Virus record (IMG/VR): IMGVR_UViG_3300012979_000036
Coordinates: 12,034 to 76,033 of that record
DNA: 64,000 nt
Reading direction: 5' to 3' (one strand)
Origin: a virus
Lineage: Duplodnaviria; Caudoviricetes
Part shown: one piece after another, positions 32,201-40,522 of the stretch
How positions within the stretch are numbered: position 1 is the first letter of the stretch
Layout: every line of letters starts with the position of its first letter
Notes under the pieces: model-generated
What the model saw: the letters and a program-made list of their open reading frames with translations, nothing else
What the model was told of the DNA's origin: nothing
Databases searched by the model: none
Translations under genes and position numbers: made by a program

Positions 32201-35200
32201 ATTAAATTAACATGCTTAGCAGCAGATTCATGTGAAGGATCTACTAAATCTCCTACAATATTACCTTTAGAATCGACCATTAAAATAACTACATCTCCTG
32301 CAGTCTGATTTAATGTAGGATCTATAACAAAATGTATAGTATCTTTAGGAGCTAAAGTTTGACTATTTCTAATAGCAAATGTACCTTTAGATTCTAAATA
32401 CTTATACACAGCTTCCATTCTTTTAAGTTGTCCCTCAGTATATCTAGGAGTACCATCTTGATTCTTAAGATTTTTAGCAACTTGATAGAAAGGAATTCTT
32501 GAACCATCTTGTCTATAAATAGGAAACTGAGTTGTAGAAGGTTGCCAGTAATTAGAAGCATCTTCGTTTGAAACTTGATTTTTAATTTCTTTATTTTGCT
32601 TCTCAACATCTTCGTTAGGAGTTACTATAACTTCTTGTTCTGCTATATTATCAAGAGTGATTTCAGATACAACTTTAACAGGCTGTGGATTATATAATTC
32701 TTCTACAAAATCCTTAATGTACTGTAATATTTTAGGATATTTTTTAAGAATTTCGTATTGAGGAAGTTTACGAAGAGTTTCAAATATTTCACCAGAAGAT
32801 AATTCATTATCAAATAATGTTTTAATTGTATTATACATTCTAATAATAGCATCTTTTACTGGTATTTTATTAGAATCTTCTACCAAATTATCAGACTTTT
32901 CTAATAATTCTTTTAATTCTTTATTTCTATTAGATTCAGCTTCTTTTCTAGCTTTAGTTTCTTGAATAGTTTCTGCAGTAGGACTACTATCATGTCCTGT
33001 TTCTTCAGATATTGGTGATGTAGTAGGTTGCTCTGTTATACCTTTGTCTCTAGATTCTATTTTACCTCTAATAAAATTAATCTTACCTCTAGCATTATCG
33101 AGTCTTTCTTCTTTAGCAATAGCTTTTTCAATATCAGGAAGTACCGATTCACCTTCTGTATCAGAAAGAATATTAGGATCTAAAGCCGCTTCTAAATCCA
33201 TATTAAATACTTGATCTATTCCTTCAGCAGCACTACCAGAAGCTTCAATTAAAGTTATAGCATCTTGAAATTCTTGCTCATCAAGCTCGCCATTCTGAAA
33301 CATTCTCATAGCCTCTGCCTTACCGTCTTCAATCATAGTAAGCATTTGTTCTACTTCTTCAACTTTTTTAGCTACTTCTGTACCAAGTTCTCCTTCTACA
33401 TCAATACCGTCTAATCCTACCGCTTCTTTTAAATCTTCTAAATCAATCTCACCATCTTGAATTTTATTAAAAAGTTCATTTTTAGATAACTTTTCAATTT
33501 TAGATACTGTTTCATTCTTATCAATAGCTTTTTGAGAAGCTTCTTTTTTAGCTTTAATTTTATCTCTGTTCTTCTTAAGTCTAGTAGGGTTTTTAACAAA
33601 CTCTTTATATCTATCATCAAAAGTTTTATAAGCATTTGCTATTTTAGCTATATCTCTTAAATTAGTTATAGTTTTTTGATAATCTGCATGACTTAATGTA
33701 GTATGACTACCAAACGCTTCATAAAAATCTTTATTATCTATAAAATTTATAAATTCTTTATTAGAATCTAAGAAAGAAGATATATACATTAAACCTTTAT
33801 CACTATTAATATGATTTAAAAAAGATTTAGTAAGAGAAATAGTTTTCTTTAAATCTTGTATATCTTTAGAATTTAATTCTTCTTCAGTTAATTCCTCTAA
33901 AGATTGTTCCCAATCATCCAGATTTGAAGATAAAGCTTGATAAAAAGTAGGGAAATCTTTTCTCATTTGCTCGTATCTTTCTTTAAATCTAGAACCTTTC
34001 CAATGTAACCAAGCAAGCTCAGCTATTTGATCATGTGTGAGATTTTTAGTATCGTTTGCTATACTTCTAGTTTCTAATATAGCTTTTTCATAATTATCAA
34101 TTTGAGCAAGAATTTGATCTCTCTTCTTAATAAGTTCTTCTCTCATCTCAGCAGCACCTTCTTCTCCATCAGGAGTATAAGTACCATCAACAGCGTACCA
34201 TCCTGCAGTATCTGTAGATGTTTCTCTGGCCATTGCTTGCAGAGTTTCATCAGAAATGTTTTCAAAATCTTGATTTACCAAAGCTTTAAGATAATCGAGT
34301 TTACCCATAGCAGCATATCTACTAATAGCAACAAAATCATCATTGTCTTCCATATTTTTATACTCAAAAGCATTATTAGCTTCAGACCAACCACTCATAG
34401 CATTAGTAAAAGATTGACTTCTAACAAAATGTCCTTTGTTTTCTCTAAGCTTTGGTTCGTATTTATTCATGAAAGCCACTGCTTCATTCATTTCTTTATT
34501 AGCAGATTTAGCCATTGATAACTCTCCAAGAATACCTCCTGTAAGTCCAACTGGTTTACCTCTACCAAGTATTGTAGAAGCGTCAGAATTATTAACTCTA
34601 CCAAATGTAGGTATACCTAATGCACCTGTAAGAAAACCTACTGCAAACTCTTCATAAGCATCTCCATTACCGTAAGAGTCTTTAAAACCTTCAATAGCAG
34701 CTTTTAAAAATTCATCTGTTTGAACTATAGCGTCAGAATCTAAACTTGCATTAAAATAAGCATCAGGAGAATCAGTATCATACATTTCACCAGAAGTACC
34801 AGATATAAATCTTTGAGCCATTTCTTCATTACCTTCAAGAAGACCTTTAGTAACACCTTTTCCTACAGCGCTTGCTTTAGATATATTATCAGCTACCCAT
34901 TTGTCTCCTTCTTTAGTTACTCTTTTAAAAATGCTTTGATCTGACGCAAATAAATCATCTGCTGTAGCTGTTATACTTTTACCTGTCTTTCTTGCATTTT
35001 GAAATCCTTTAGCATATAATCTACCCATAGTAAAGAAATCATTTAATGATAAAAATACAGAGTTACCAATAAATGTTCCTAAACCCATTTTAGATTTTCT
35101 AATATCTAAATCTTCTTGAATAGCTTGATATTTAGCATTTAATTGATTAAGATTATTATTTTTTTCTTCTGTAGTAGAGTATAAATCATTTTGAATGTTA

Positions 35201-35952
35201 TCATATTCAATTTTATAAGAATCTTCTATCTTCTTTTGTTCTTCTTTATAGAAATCAGTAGAATTATGATTTGCTTCAATTCTAGCTTCGTTAATAGCAC
35301 CATATATAGAACCTGCTGTAGCAGCACCTAAACCTGTTTTAATAAGACCTGCACCTTTCATTAGTTTCGTAAAAGCACTTCCTGATGCAAATGCTCCTAC
35401 AGTAAATCCCATATTTTTAAGAAAAGTATCAGCCCAAAAATTAGCAGTACCTAAATTTTGATACCAAGCTCTATCTCTTTCTTCTTTAGTTTTATAATTT
35501 GGAAGAGCATATTCAGACCAATTATTAATCTGTTGCATTCCATTACTAAACTCATTATCCCAAAGCCTAGAAAAAGTTTCCCAACCAGATTCTTCTTTAT
35601 TACCTAGATTTAAGAGCATATCTCCTAAACCATATACTAAACCTATAGTACCATCAAGAAATGTAGTTCCTACTAACACTCCTCCTTTAGTAATACCATT
35701 AACCCATTTACCTAAAGTAGATTGTTTTTGAGCACGCATGTTCTCAACATCTTCAATCTGCTCCATTGTAAGAATAGGTTCATCAAATTTACTTCTTCCT
35801 AAATCTCCAGTACTAGATTGAAATGAAAGATCAACCCCAATTCCATAAGAACTGGGGGTACTTTCAAATCTTAATAAATATTCAGGTTGTTCCTCTGTTT
35901 CAACATTTAAACCTTTTAGTCCTATAGGACCAGTTTTTCTAACATCTTCCAT
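29275..35952 (-). CDS. Giant virion cargo protein (~2225 aa) with a C-terminal zincin-like metallopeptidase motif
   Basis: Likely start ATG 35952 (MEDVRK); N-terminal Gly/Ala hydrophobic segments; EGTVYHEAFH...EEKLAEGF. Confidence 0.75.
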   Translation of the reverse strand: MEDVRKTGPIGLKGLNVETEEQPEYLLRFESTPSSYGIGVDLSFQSSTGDLGRSKFDEPILTMEQIEDVENMRAQKQSTLGKWVNGITKGGVLVGTTFLDGTIGLVYGLGDMLLNLGNKEESGWETFSRLWDNEFSNGMQQINNWSEYALPNYKTKEERDRAWYQNLGTANFWADTFLKNMGFTVGAFASGSAFTKLMKGAGLIKTGLGAATAGSIYGAINEARIEANHNSTDFYKEEQKKIEDSYKIEYDNIQNDLYSTTEEKNNNLNQLNAKYQAIQEDLDIRKSKMGLGTFIGNSVFLSLNDFFTMGRLYAKGFQNARKTGKSITATADDLFASDQSIFKRVTKEGDKWVADNISKASAVGKGVTKGLLEGNEEMAQRFISGTSGEMYDTDSPDAYFNASLDSDAIVQTDEFLKAAIEGFKDSYGNGDAYEEFAVGFLTGALGIPTFGRVNNSDASTILGRGKPVGLTGGILGELSMAKSANKEMNEAVAFMNKYEPKLRENKGHFVRSQSFTNAMSGWSEANNAFEYKNMEDNDDFVAISRYAAMGKLDYLKALVNQDFENISDETLQAMARETSTDTAGWYAVDGTYTPDGEEGAAEMREELIKKRDQILAQIDNYEKAILETRSIANDTKNLTHDQIAELAWLHWKGSRFKERYEQMRKDFPTFYQALSSNLDDWEQSLEELTEEELNSKDIQDLKKTISLTKSFLNHINSDKGLMYISSFLDSNKEFINFIDNKDFYEAFGSHTTLSHADYQKTITNLRDIAKIANAYKTFDDRYKEFVKNPTRLKKNRDKIKAKKEASQKAIDKNETVSKIEKLSKNELFNKIQDGEIDLEDLKEAVGLDGIDVEGELGTEVAKKVEEVEQMLTMIEDGKAEAMRMFQNGELDEQEFQDAITLIEASGSAAEGIDQVFNMDLEAALDPNILSDTEGESVLPDIEKAIAKEERLDNARGKINFIRGKIESRDKGITEQPTTSPISEETGHDSSPTAETIQETKARKEAESNRNKELKELLEKSDNLVEDSNKIPVKDAIIRMYNTIKTLFDNELSSGEIFETLRKLPQYEILKKYPKILQYIKDFVEELYNPQPVKVVSEITLDNIAEQEVIVTPNEDVEKQNKEIKNQVSNEDASNYWQPSTTQFPIYRQDGSRIPFYQVAKNLKNQDGTPRYTEGQLKRMEAVYKYLESKGTFAIRNSQTLAPKDTIHFVIDPTLNQTAGDVVILMVDSKGNIVGDLVDPSHESAAKHVNLIETINAIKQEYTDWVNAGNTGLFTSQKYKSEVSQLMVGKVEYSDTRHSLNEIFTVTTSEGATKQLPYKIAVVVADKAGKYKLTTTSESGGKKGIDPIGDSAITPLKGKKGQPYLLIPTNNPKRAFMPVPFAMPRYDRGTAKSTLGSIIDNILEDIRIVDSSQAASSVAKRLAEHLGNAWRGDDGKLKTSFHINRTSKYIETATNAELQSGISTKEQRTFIKISYVPEKGKAALFTIELDPNDPEFINKLKNEMFKHQIPFRINRKYLNKKIGNLDYNSVIGEIANTNVEPGYVTTTNNWFTIAPVSPDGTVQKANKIKTTGINPTTNTSQPTVVTKTAIDYGGKTFFVDEQWNVTDETGKAYNKGENTLKFLGYAWGIIKGEDMTKPYNTEWGMYDPVKKNYIPKEEKVPTLLYGEPAQEALPNHNLATGEVYENTPSFNPQKPEDHIQIAVTYQGFSTLLETQSWSTAIGDIRTSEDGWGKYNGLIYFKKSIMGGRGDDNTTVWFKYNLTEKQKREVETLIQDTSKINDIFYNKLGTILNTSSNIQEKQQVSKSELIASLKSKGMLNTPKKQKMVEFLEEEQLQIILNINPMVARQAMQKLEQSFDSKTEQFKKNPNDIIGVDRNREAVDEYKVFDRDKELKWLESALPQFKDRVQLVEGLIKIVNGVNSDRAFGKFVNGHIILSDIAAEGTVYHEAFHAVVNTLLSESELLDLLNEGKQLFGVTSDIAAEEKLAEGFRKYIQVEQGFGGNIIKFFRRIKHYIQSAKGKEPIINKLYYDISQGYYADRKIAETEVDRNKEVNLTNYSLEELLEIKNYLSSKQFKEIHKNSTALVDYVSSDPILMKAWRLGVLKDVKHRNERDTHRIVPKTSELNKIIRSKRKGEDSHIIETSSEREYNVYRPNLTREQRISEAALEWQERDMDDFDEINEYHEYKSNYAYLSLEDKQYVDSTGISREQWDKLQNKVKDAILHCK

Positions 35953-35953
35953 C

Positions 35954-37768
35954 TTAATTATTTGTGTTGTGTGTTCCAAAGTAATTAAATAAATCTCCAA
36001 ATATCAAATTCATTTTTTTCTCAGTAGATGATACATAATCACTTCCTAAAATATTAGTACCAGGAATGTAACCATTTTTGTCTAATGGAATATAATCTAC
36101 TACAACTTCTCCTTTTTCATTGGTAGTTTTAATAGGTACTATACCTTGTTGGACAGTATTTAAACCAAATGCAAACTCTGCTAAATCTGAAGGGTCTTCT
36201 GCTCTAAAACCAGAACCTTTTGGTAAAACTACCTCCATGTAACCATCTTTAGTTTTAAGACTCACACTTCTTTGTCCAGTAGCATAATCCATATTAACTC
36301 CTAAAATATTAAGTTTGCCTTTATCATCTAATAATTTTTCATACTCAACAGGTTTAGTTCTATAAGTACCTGCATTTCCAAGAGATGATTCATTTAGTCC
36401 TATAATTTGTTCTACTGTTTCAGTATTTCTTAATCCTCTTTCAATATTAGATTGAATATGCTCAAATCCTGTAGAATTTGAAGTAATCATAGCTCTTTTT
36501 CTACCAGTTGCATCAGAACTATTTAATACTTTCATAAAAGTATCTTTATCAGCTTTACTAGGATCTAATCCTAAATTATTAAAAGCATCTCTTAAATCAT
36601 TGTAATCATTAATATAAAATTGTTTGCCAGTAGCATTACTTGTAGAATAAGGAGTTAAATACCCATAAGATGTTCCATATGGTAATCCAACACCTTCGTC
36701 TTCCATTTTAGAAGCTTCTTTTTCTATTTCTTCAGGAGATAATAATTTACCATTTTTAAAGTATTTATCATAATCTTCATTAAACTTACCAGTGTTTACT
36801 CCGTAAGTATGAGTAAATTTATTTTTAATTTCCTGCCTTGTTACATCAGGAGTTATAAAATAATCTGAACCAATTTTTCCAGATCTTTCTGCTTCTAATT
36901 TTGCAGCTTCTGCTCTAGCTTTTTCTAATTCATCTCTTTTTTTAAGATTATATGCAAACATTGGATCAGATTCTGTAGAAGTTTTCTTATCATATTGAAA
37001 ACCTGCCCTAACACCTTTAATAATAGAATTTAAAGCTTTTTGTTGATTTTCTTCACTTAATCCTTGGAAACCAGGAGTACTAATAATGTCATTAATAGAA
37101 TTCTGTATAAGCTTAGCATTAGTACTTAAATTTTCATTGCCTGACATTACTTCAGCTAAAGCATTATTAAATTCAATATCATTTAATCCTGTTTCAACAG
37201 ATCTTTCTAAAAATCTACCACCTGCTGTAGAAGTCCAATCTGATTCTCTGTAAGTTCTACCAGCTTGAGTTTTAGCAATATTTAAAGCTTCAGTCATCAA
37301 ATCATCTGTATTAACACTTCTCATTTGAGGAGTTTTACCACCTAAATAATCGCTAACACTTTTACCAACTCCTTCTATAAGAATTTCAGGATGCTCTACA
37401 GCCATTTTAGCAAGATATTGTTGGTCTGTTTGATATGCTTTATAAGCTTCATTGATAGGATTTAAATCTTTAGTATATTTAGCTTTTAGTCCTGTTAGTT
37501 TTTTTCTAGTATTAGGAGTTAAGCCTTTATTATATAAATCATCCATTGCGGATGTTAATTCACTTTGAAACCCTTCATATTGTTTTCTTAAATTTTCATC
37601 TAAAGGATTACTTAATTTAGAAGCAACATCTCCAGCCATTATATCAAGATTAGCTAATTCTTCTTCAGCTTTATTGTAAGCTTCAGTATATATTTGATAA
37701 GGTTGTAACATCTCTTGAAAAGAGAAAGGTTTAAACCTTGTATTAGTTGTAATATAAGTATTTGCCAT
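35954..37768 (-). CDS. Virion cargo protein (604 aa)
   Basis: Synteny within the crAss cargo block; N-terminal RFKPFSFQEML.PY motif. Confidence 0.65.
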   Translation of the reverse strand: MANTYITTNTRFKPFSFQEMLQPYQIYTEAYNKAEEELANLDIMAGDVASKLSNPLDENLRKQYEGFQSELTSAMDDLYNKGLTPNTRKKLTGLKAKYTKDLNPINEAYKAYQTDQQYLAKMAVEHPEILIEGVGKSVSDYLGGKTPQMRSVNTDDLMTEALNIAKTQAGRTYRESDWTSTAGGRFLERSVETGLNDIEFNNALAEVMSGNENLSTNAKLIQNSINDIISTPGFQGLSEENQQKALNSIIKGVRAGFQYDKKTSTESDPMFAYNLKKRDELEKARAEAAKLEAERSGKIGSDYFITPDVTRQEIKNKFTHTYGVNTGKFNEDYDKYFKNGKLLSPEEIEKEASKMEDEGVGLPYGTSYGYLTPYSTSNATGKQFYINDYNDLRDAFNNLGLDPSKADKDTFMKVLNSSDATGRKRAMITSNSTGFEHIQSNIERGLRNTETVEQIIGLNESSLGNAGTYRTKPVEYEKLLDDKGKLNILGVNMDYATGQRSVSLKTKDGYMEVVLPKGSGFRAEDPSDLAEFAFGLNTVQQGIVPIKTTNEKGEVVVDYIPLDKNGYIPGTNILGSDYVSSTEKKMNLIFGDLFNYFGTHNTNN

Positions 37769-37769
37769 A

Positions 37770-38900
37770 TTATTTCTTTCTCTTTTTAGTTAATAATTTA
37801 CCACCATTTTTAGCTGTAGTCTTAGGGGCCTTTAAAGCATCACTATCAGTTAGCATTTTTAACCAATCTTTTTGTATTGCTTCTTGTCCTAAACCCCTTA
37901 AATCTTCAGACATATTTGTTAAAGAACTTGATATAGCAGCACTCCTTTGTGCATCAATAGCTTGCCTTAATTGTGATGCTGCTTGAGTAGCAGCTAATAC
38001 ATTTTGTGCTTTCTGTTGATCCATAGCTAAAGCTTGTAATCCCATTTGAGCATTAGTTTGATTAGTACCCCTATTAAATGTAGCTTCTTGAACCGCTCTA
38101 TTAATATTCTCTTGATCTACTTGAATTAAAGCATTACCTATATTTCTTTGAGTGTTGTAATTATTAGCTAATAATCCTGCCATTACTTGACCTGCATTTA
38201 ATCCTTGATTTTGAATATCTCTAGCAGTTGATCTAGAAGTATTAATCATAGGATTTAATAAATAGTTTCTATCAATAGATTCAAGATTAATAAAATCTCC
38301 TAATGGTGTAAATGAACCACCTGGTATATTTCTAGCGATTTTTTCAATTTTATCAGCTTGTGAATAATCAGGTTTTCTCATATTTGATATAAGAGTACCA
38401 GCGTTAGTTAATACTGGTGCTAATCTACCCAGTGATTGCCAATTAAATTGACCTCCTTCATCAAATATATTACTATTAGTTTTATTCTTTTTCATTCTAA
38501 TTTCTTCTTGCATTTTAGTAAGAATACTAATCATGTCTTCCAAAGTATTCTGAGATATAAAATCAATTGGATTATCTGCAGATTCCTTTTGTAAATCTTC
38601 TACAATTTTTGCAAAAGTCCAATCTTCATATTTTTTATTCAAACCATTGTCTTCTAATTGTTTTTTAGTTGGTTTAAGTCTGTTAGAGAATACATAATCA
38701 TTATATATTATTTCTCCTTCTTCAACTAAATTAGGAATAAAATTGGAATCTATTCCGACAGGAACTCCCGCAAAAGGATTATCCTCATGCCTTCCTCCTT
38801 CGTTTATGAACACAAGCCCATTTGACCAACTTCCTGAATGATGATACATAGGACCTCCATATGATTTTTTATTAGGTGCTTTAATTATTTTTATTTTCAT
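37770..38900 (-). CDS. Virion cargo protein 1-like (376 aa)
   Basis: GGRHEDNP.GVP.G...VEEGE...VFS motif; Gln/Ala-rich helical C-half. Confidence 0.7.
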   Translation of the reverse strand: MKIKIIKAPNKKSYGGPMYHHSGSWSNGLVFINEGGRHEDNPFAGVPVGIDSNFIPNLVEEGEIIYNDYVFSNRLKPTKKQLEDNGLNKKYEDWTFAKIVEDLQKESADNPIDFISQNTLEDMISILTKMQEEIRMKKNKTNSNIFDEGGQFNWQSLGRLAPVLTNAGTLISNMRKPDYSQADKIEKIARNIPGGSFTPLGDFINLESIDRNYLLNPMINTSRSTARDIQNQGLNAGQVMAGLLANNYNTQRNIGNALIQVDQENINRAVQEATFNRGTNQTNAQMGLQALAMDQQKAQNVLAATQAASQLRQAIDAQRSAAISSSLTNMSEDLRGLGQEAIQKDWLKMLTDSDALKAPKTTAKNGGKLLTKKRKK

Positions 38901-39663
38901 TGTGATACCTCCAAATATAACCGTGACACGTTAATCCTTTTCCTCTACAAACCCTTTCTATATGAGAAAATTTAACTCCTAAAAATTTATTAGCTTCTGT
39001 AATACTAGAAAAACTTTTAATGAAATTTAAAGACAAATCATACATATCTACAGGAGCAACATTATAAGGAACTCCAGCACTTTTAGGTGGAATATATTCA
39101 TTGTATGAATATGTATATTTCCATTTGTGAGGAAACTTTTTAGTTGTTATATAATACTGCATTGTCTTACCTGTTACTCCAGCATCTAATGCTGCTTTTT
39201 CATAATCTTGAAAAACTTCAACTAAAGTACCATTTAAATCGTATTTATTCACTTTTTTTCGACCAACTCTTTCAAAATATTCTATAGAAGCTAAACGTTG
39301 TCTTTCTGTCCACTTCTTTCCCTTTTTAACCTTAGAAATATTCTGTCTTGCTTGTTCTGATAAACTATGTAGATCTCCTCCTAAATCAATATTATACCCA
39401 CAATTTATATCAGTAGAATTATATTCTTTTATAAGTTTTATCTCTATTTTTTCAGCTTCTTCTTTTGTTAAATTAGTATGTAATATCTCGTGTTTAATAT
39501 TGTCCCACCCGTATTTAACAATAGCTCTAAAAAAATATATCTGAGTTTCATACCCAAAACCAGATGCCCATCTATCATTCGGTGCTTTTTTGGTTATACC
39601 AATATATACTTTTCCATTAGGAGCTGTATGCTTATATACTATATAATTGTTTTCATTACACAT
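38881..39663 (-). CDS. Free-standing GIY-YIG homing endonuclease with NUMOD-type C-terminal repeats
   Basis: YIVYKHTAPNGKVYIGIT...RW...F.RAI.KYGW...E..LI...GYN; overlaps both neighbours; no intron core found around it. Confidence 0.85.
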   Translation of the reverse strand: MCNENNYIVYKHTAPNGKVYIGITKKAPNDRWASGFGYETQIYFFRAIVKYGWDNIKHEILHTNLTKEEAEKIEIKLIKEYNSTDINCGYNIDLGGDLHSLSEQARQNISKVKKGKKWTERQRLASIEYFERVGRKKVNKYDLNGTLVEVFQDYEKAALDAGVTGKTMQYYITTKKFPHKWKYTYSYNEYIPPKSAGVPYNVAPVDMYDLSLNFIKSFSSITEANKFLGVKFSHIERVCRGKGLTCHGYIWRYHNENKNN

Positions 39664-40417
39664 ATTCTATTTCATATCCTAAAGCTAGTAATCTTTGTAT
39701 CTCTTTTTCATCTAAATCATACTCTTTATTCTCTATATAATTTTTATCAATCCAATCACTAGTATGATTATTTATAGGTCCTCCGTATGCAGCAAAATTT
39801 AACAATCCTTTATTAAAGTTTTGATTGTAAGTATTATCTGCTGCAAAAGCATAATTATTTAACATTTGTTTATTAGCTAAAGTAGATTCGGCATTTAATT
39901 CGGCTGCTTTTCTTTTAGCTTTTTCATTTCCTGCAAATATACCAGCTAATCCAGAACCTAAACCAGCAGCTGCTCCACCAATAGCTCCCCAAACACCTCC
40001 TACTTGAGCACCTGATATAGCTCCTTTTGCCATTCCTTTAGCAGTATTACCTGCCATTTGCCAACCATTTAAACCTCTTACAGCTTTTTGAGTATAATTT
40101 GTTCTACCTAACAAACTATTATTCCACATCTCTTGAAGGTTATCATAACTACCAGATTCAAATGTAGTATTAGCTGTTTCTGCTATAGCAGCCTCTTCAG
40201 AAGACATGTCTTTAATTTGAGCATTAGCTATTCCAGATTCAACAATTCCTGCTACACCGTTTCCAATAACACCTAAACTGTTTACTAAATTTGAACCACT
40301 AAATGCATCACGTGCTACATCTCTAGATGAAGTATTCATCTTTTTTAGTAACTCTCCATTAGCAAATTTATTAACTTTTCTTTTGGTCAACATCTTATTT
40401 GTAATTTTCTTATTCAT
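39656..40417 (-). CDS. Gly/Ala-rich virion cargo/membrane protein
   Basis: GAISGAQVGGVWGAIGGAAAGLG glycine zipper; likely start ATG 40417; directly after the muzzle gene. Confidence 0.65.
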   Translation of the reverse strand: MNKKITNKMLTKRKVNKFANGELLKKMNTSSRDVARDAFSGSNLVNSLGVIGNGVAGIVESGIANAQIKDMSSEEAAIAETANTTFESGSYDNLQEMWNNSLLGRTNYTQKAVRGLNGWQMAGNTAKGMAKGAISGAQVGGVWGAIGGAAAGLGSGLAGIFAGNEKAKRKAAELNAESTLANKQMLNNYAFAADNTYNQNFNKGLLNFAAYGGPINNHTSDWIDKNYIENKEYDLDEKEIQRLLALGYEIEYV

Positions 40418-40436
40418 ATACAATTAAATTAATATG

Positions 40437-40444
40437 CAAATATA
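40437..40444 (-). promoter_or_regulatory. -7 box (TATATTTG) for the cargo operon
   Basis: TAnnTTTG about 20 nt upstream of the ATG, just after a terminator-like hairpin. Confidence 0.65.
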
Positions 40445-40483
40445 TAAAAAATAATTGATATATTTAATAGTATTTATAAATAA

Positions 40484-40520
40484 TTATAGGAGAATAAGTT
40501 ATTCACTTACTCTCCTATAA
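40484..40520 (-). terminator. Terminator-like hairpin after the muzzle gene
   Basis: 16-bp stem on the - strand RNA (one G.U); weak U-tract. Confidence 0.6.
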
Positions 40521-40522
40521 AT

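Noticed and set aside
38881-39663. GIY-YIG gene as part of a fifth intron joining the two cargo genes
   Set aside because: No P3/P4/P7 (GACTA/TAGTC) core nearby, and the upstream gene ends with a natural-looking C-terminus and stop.
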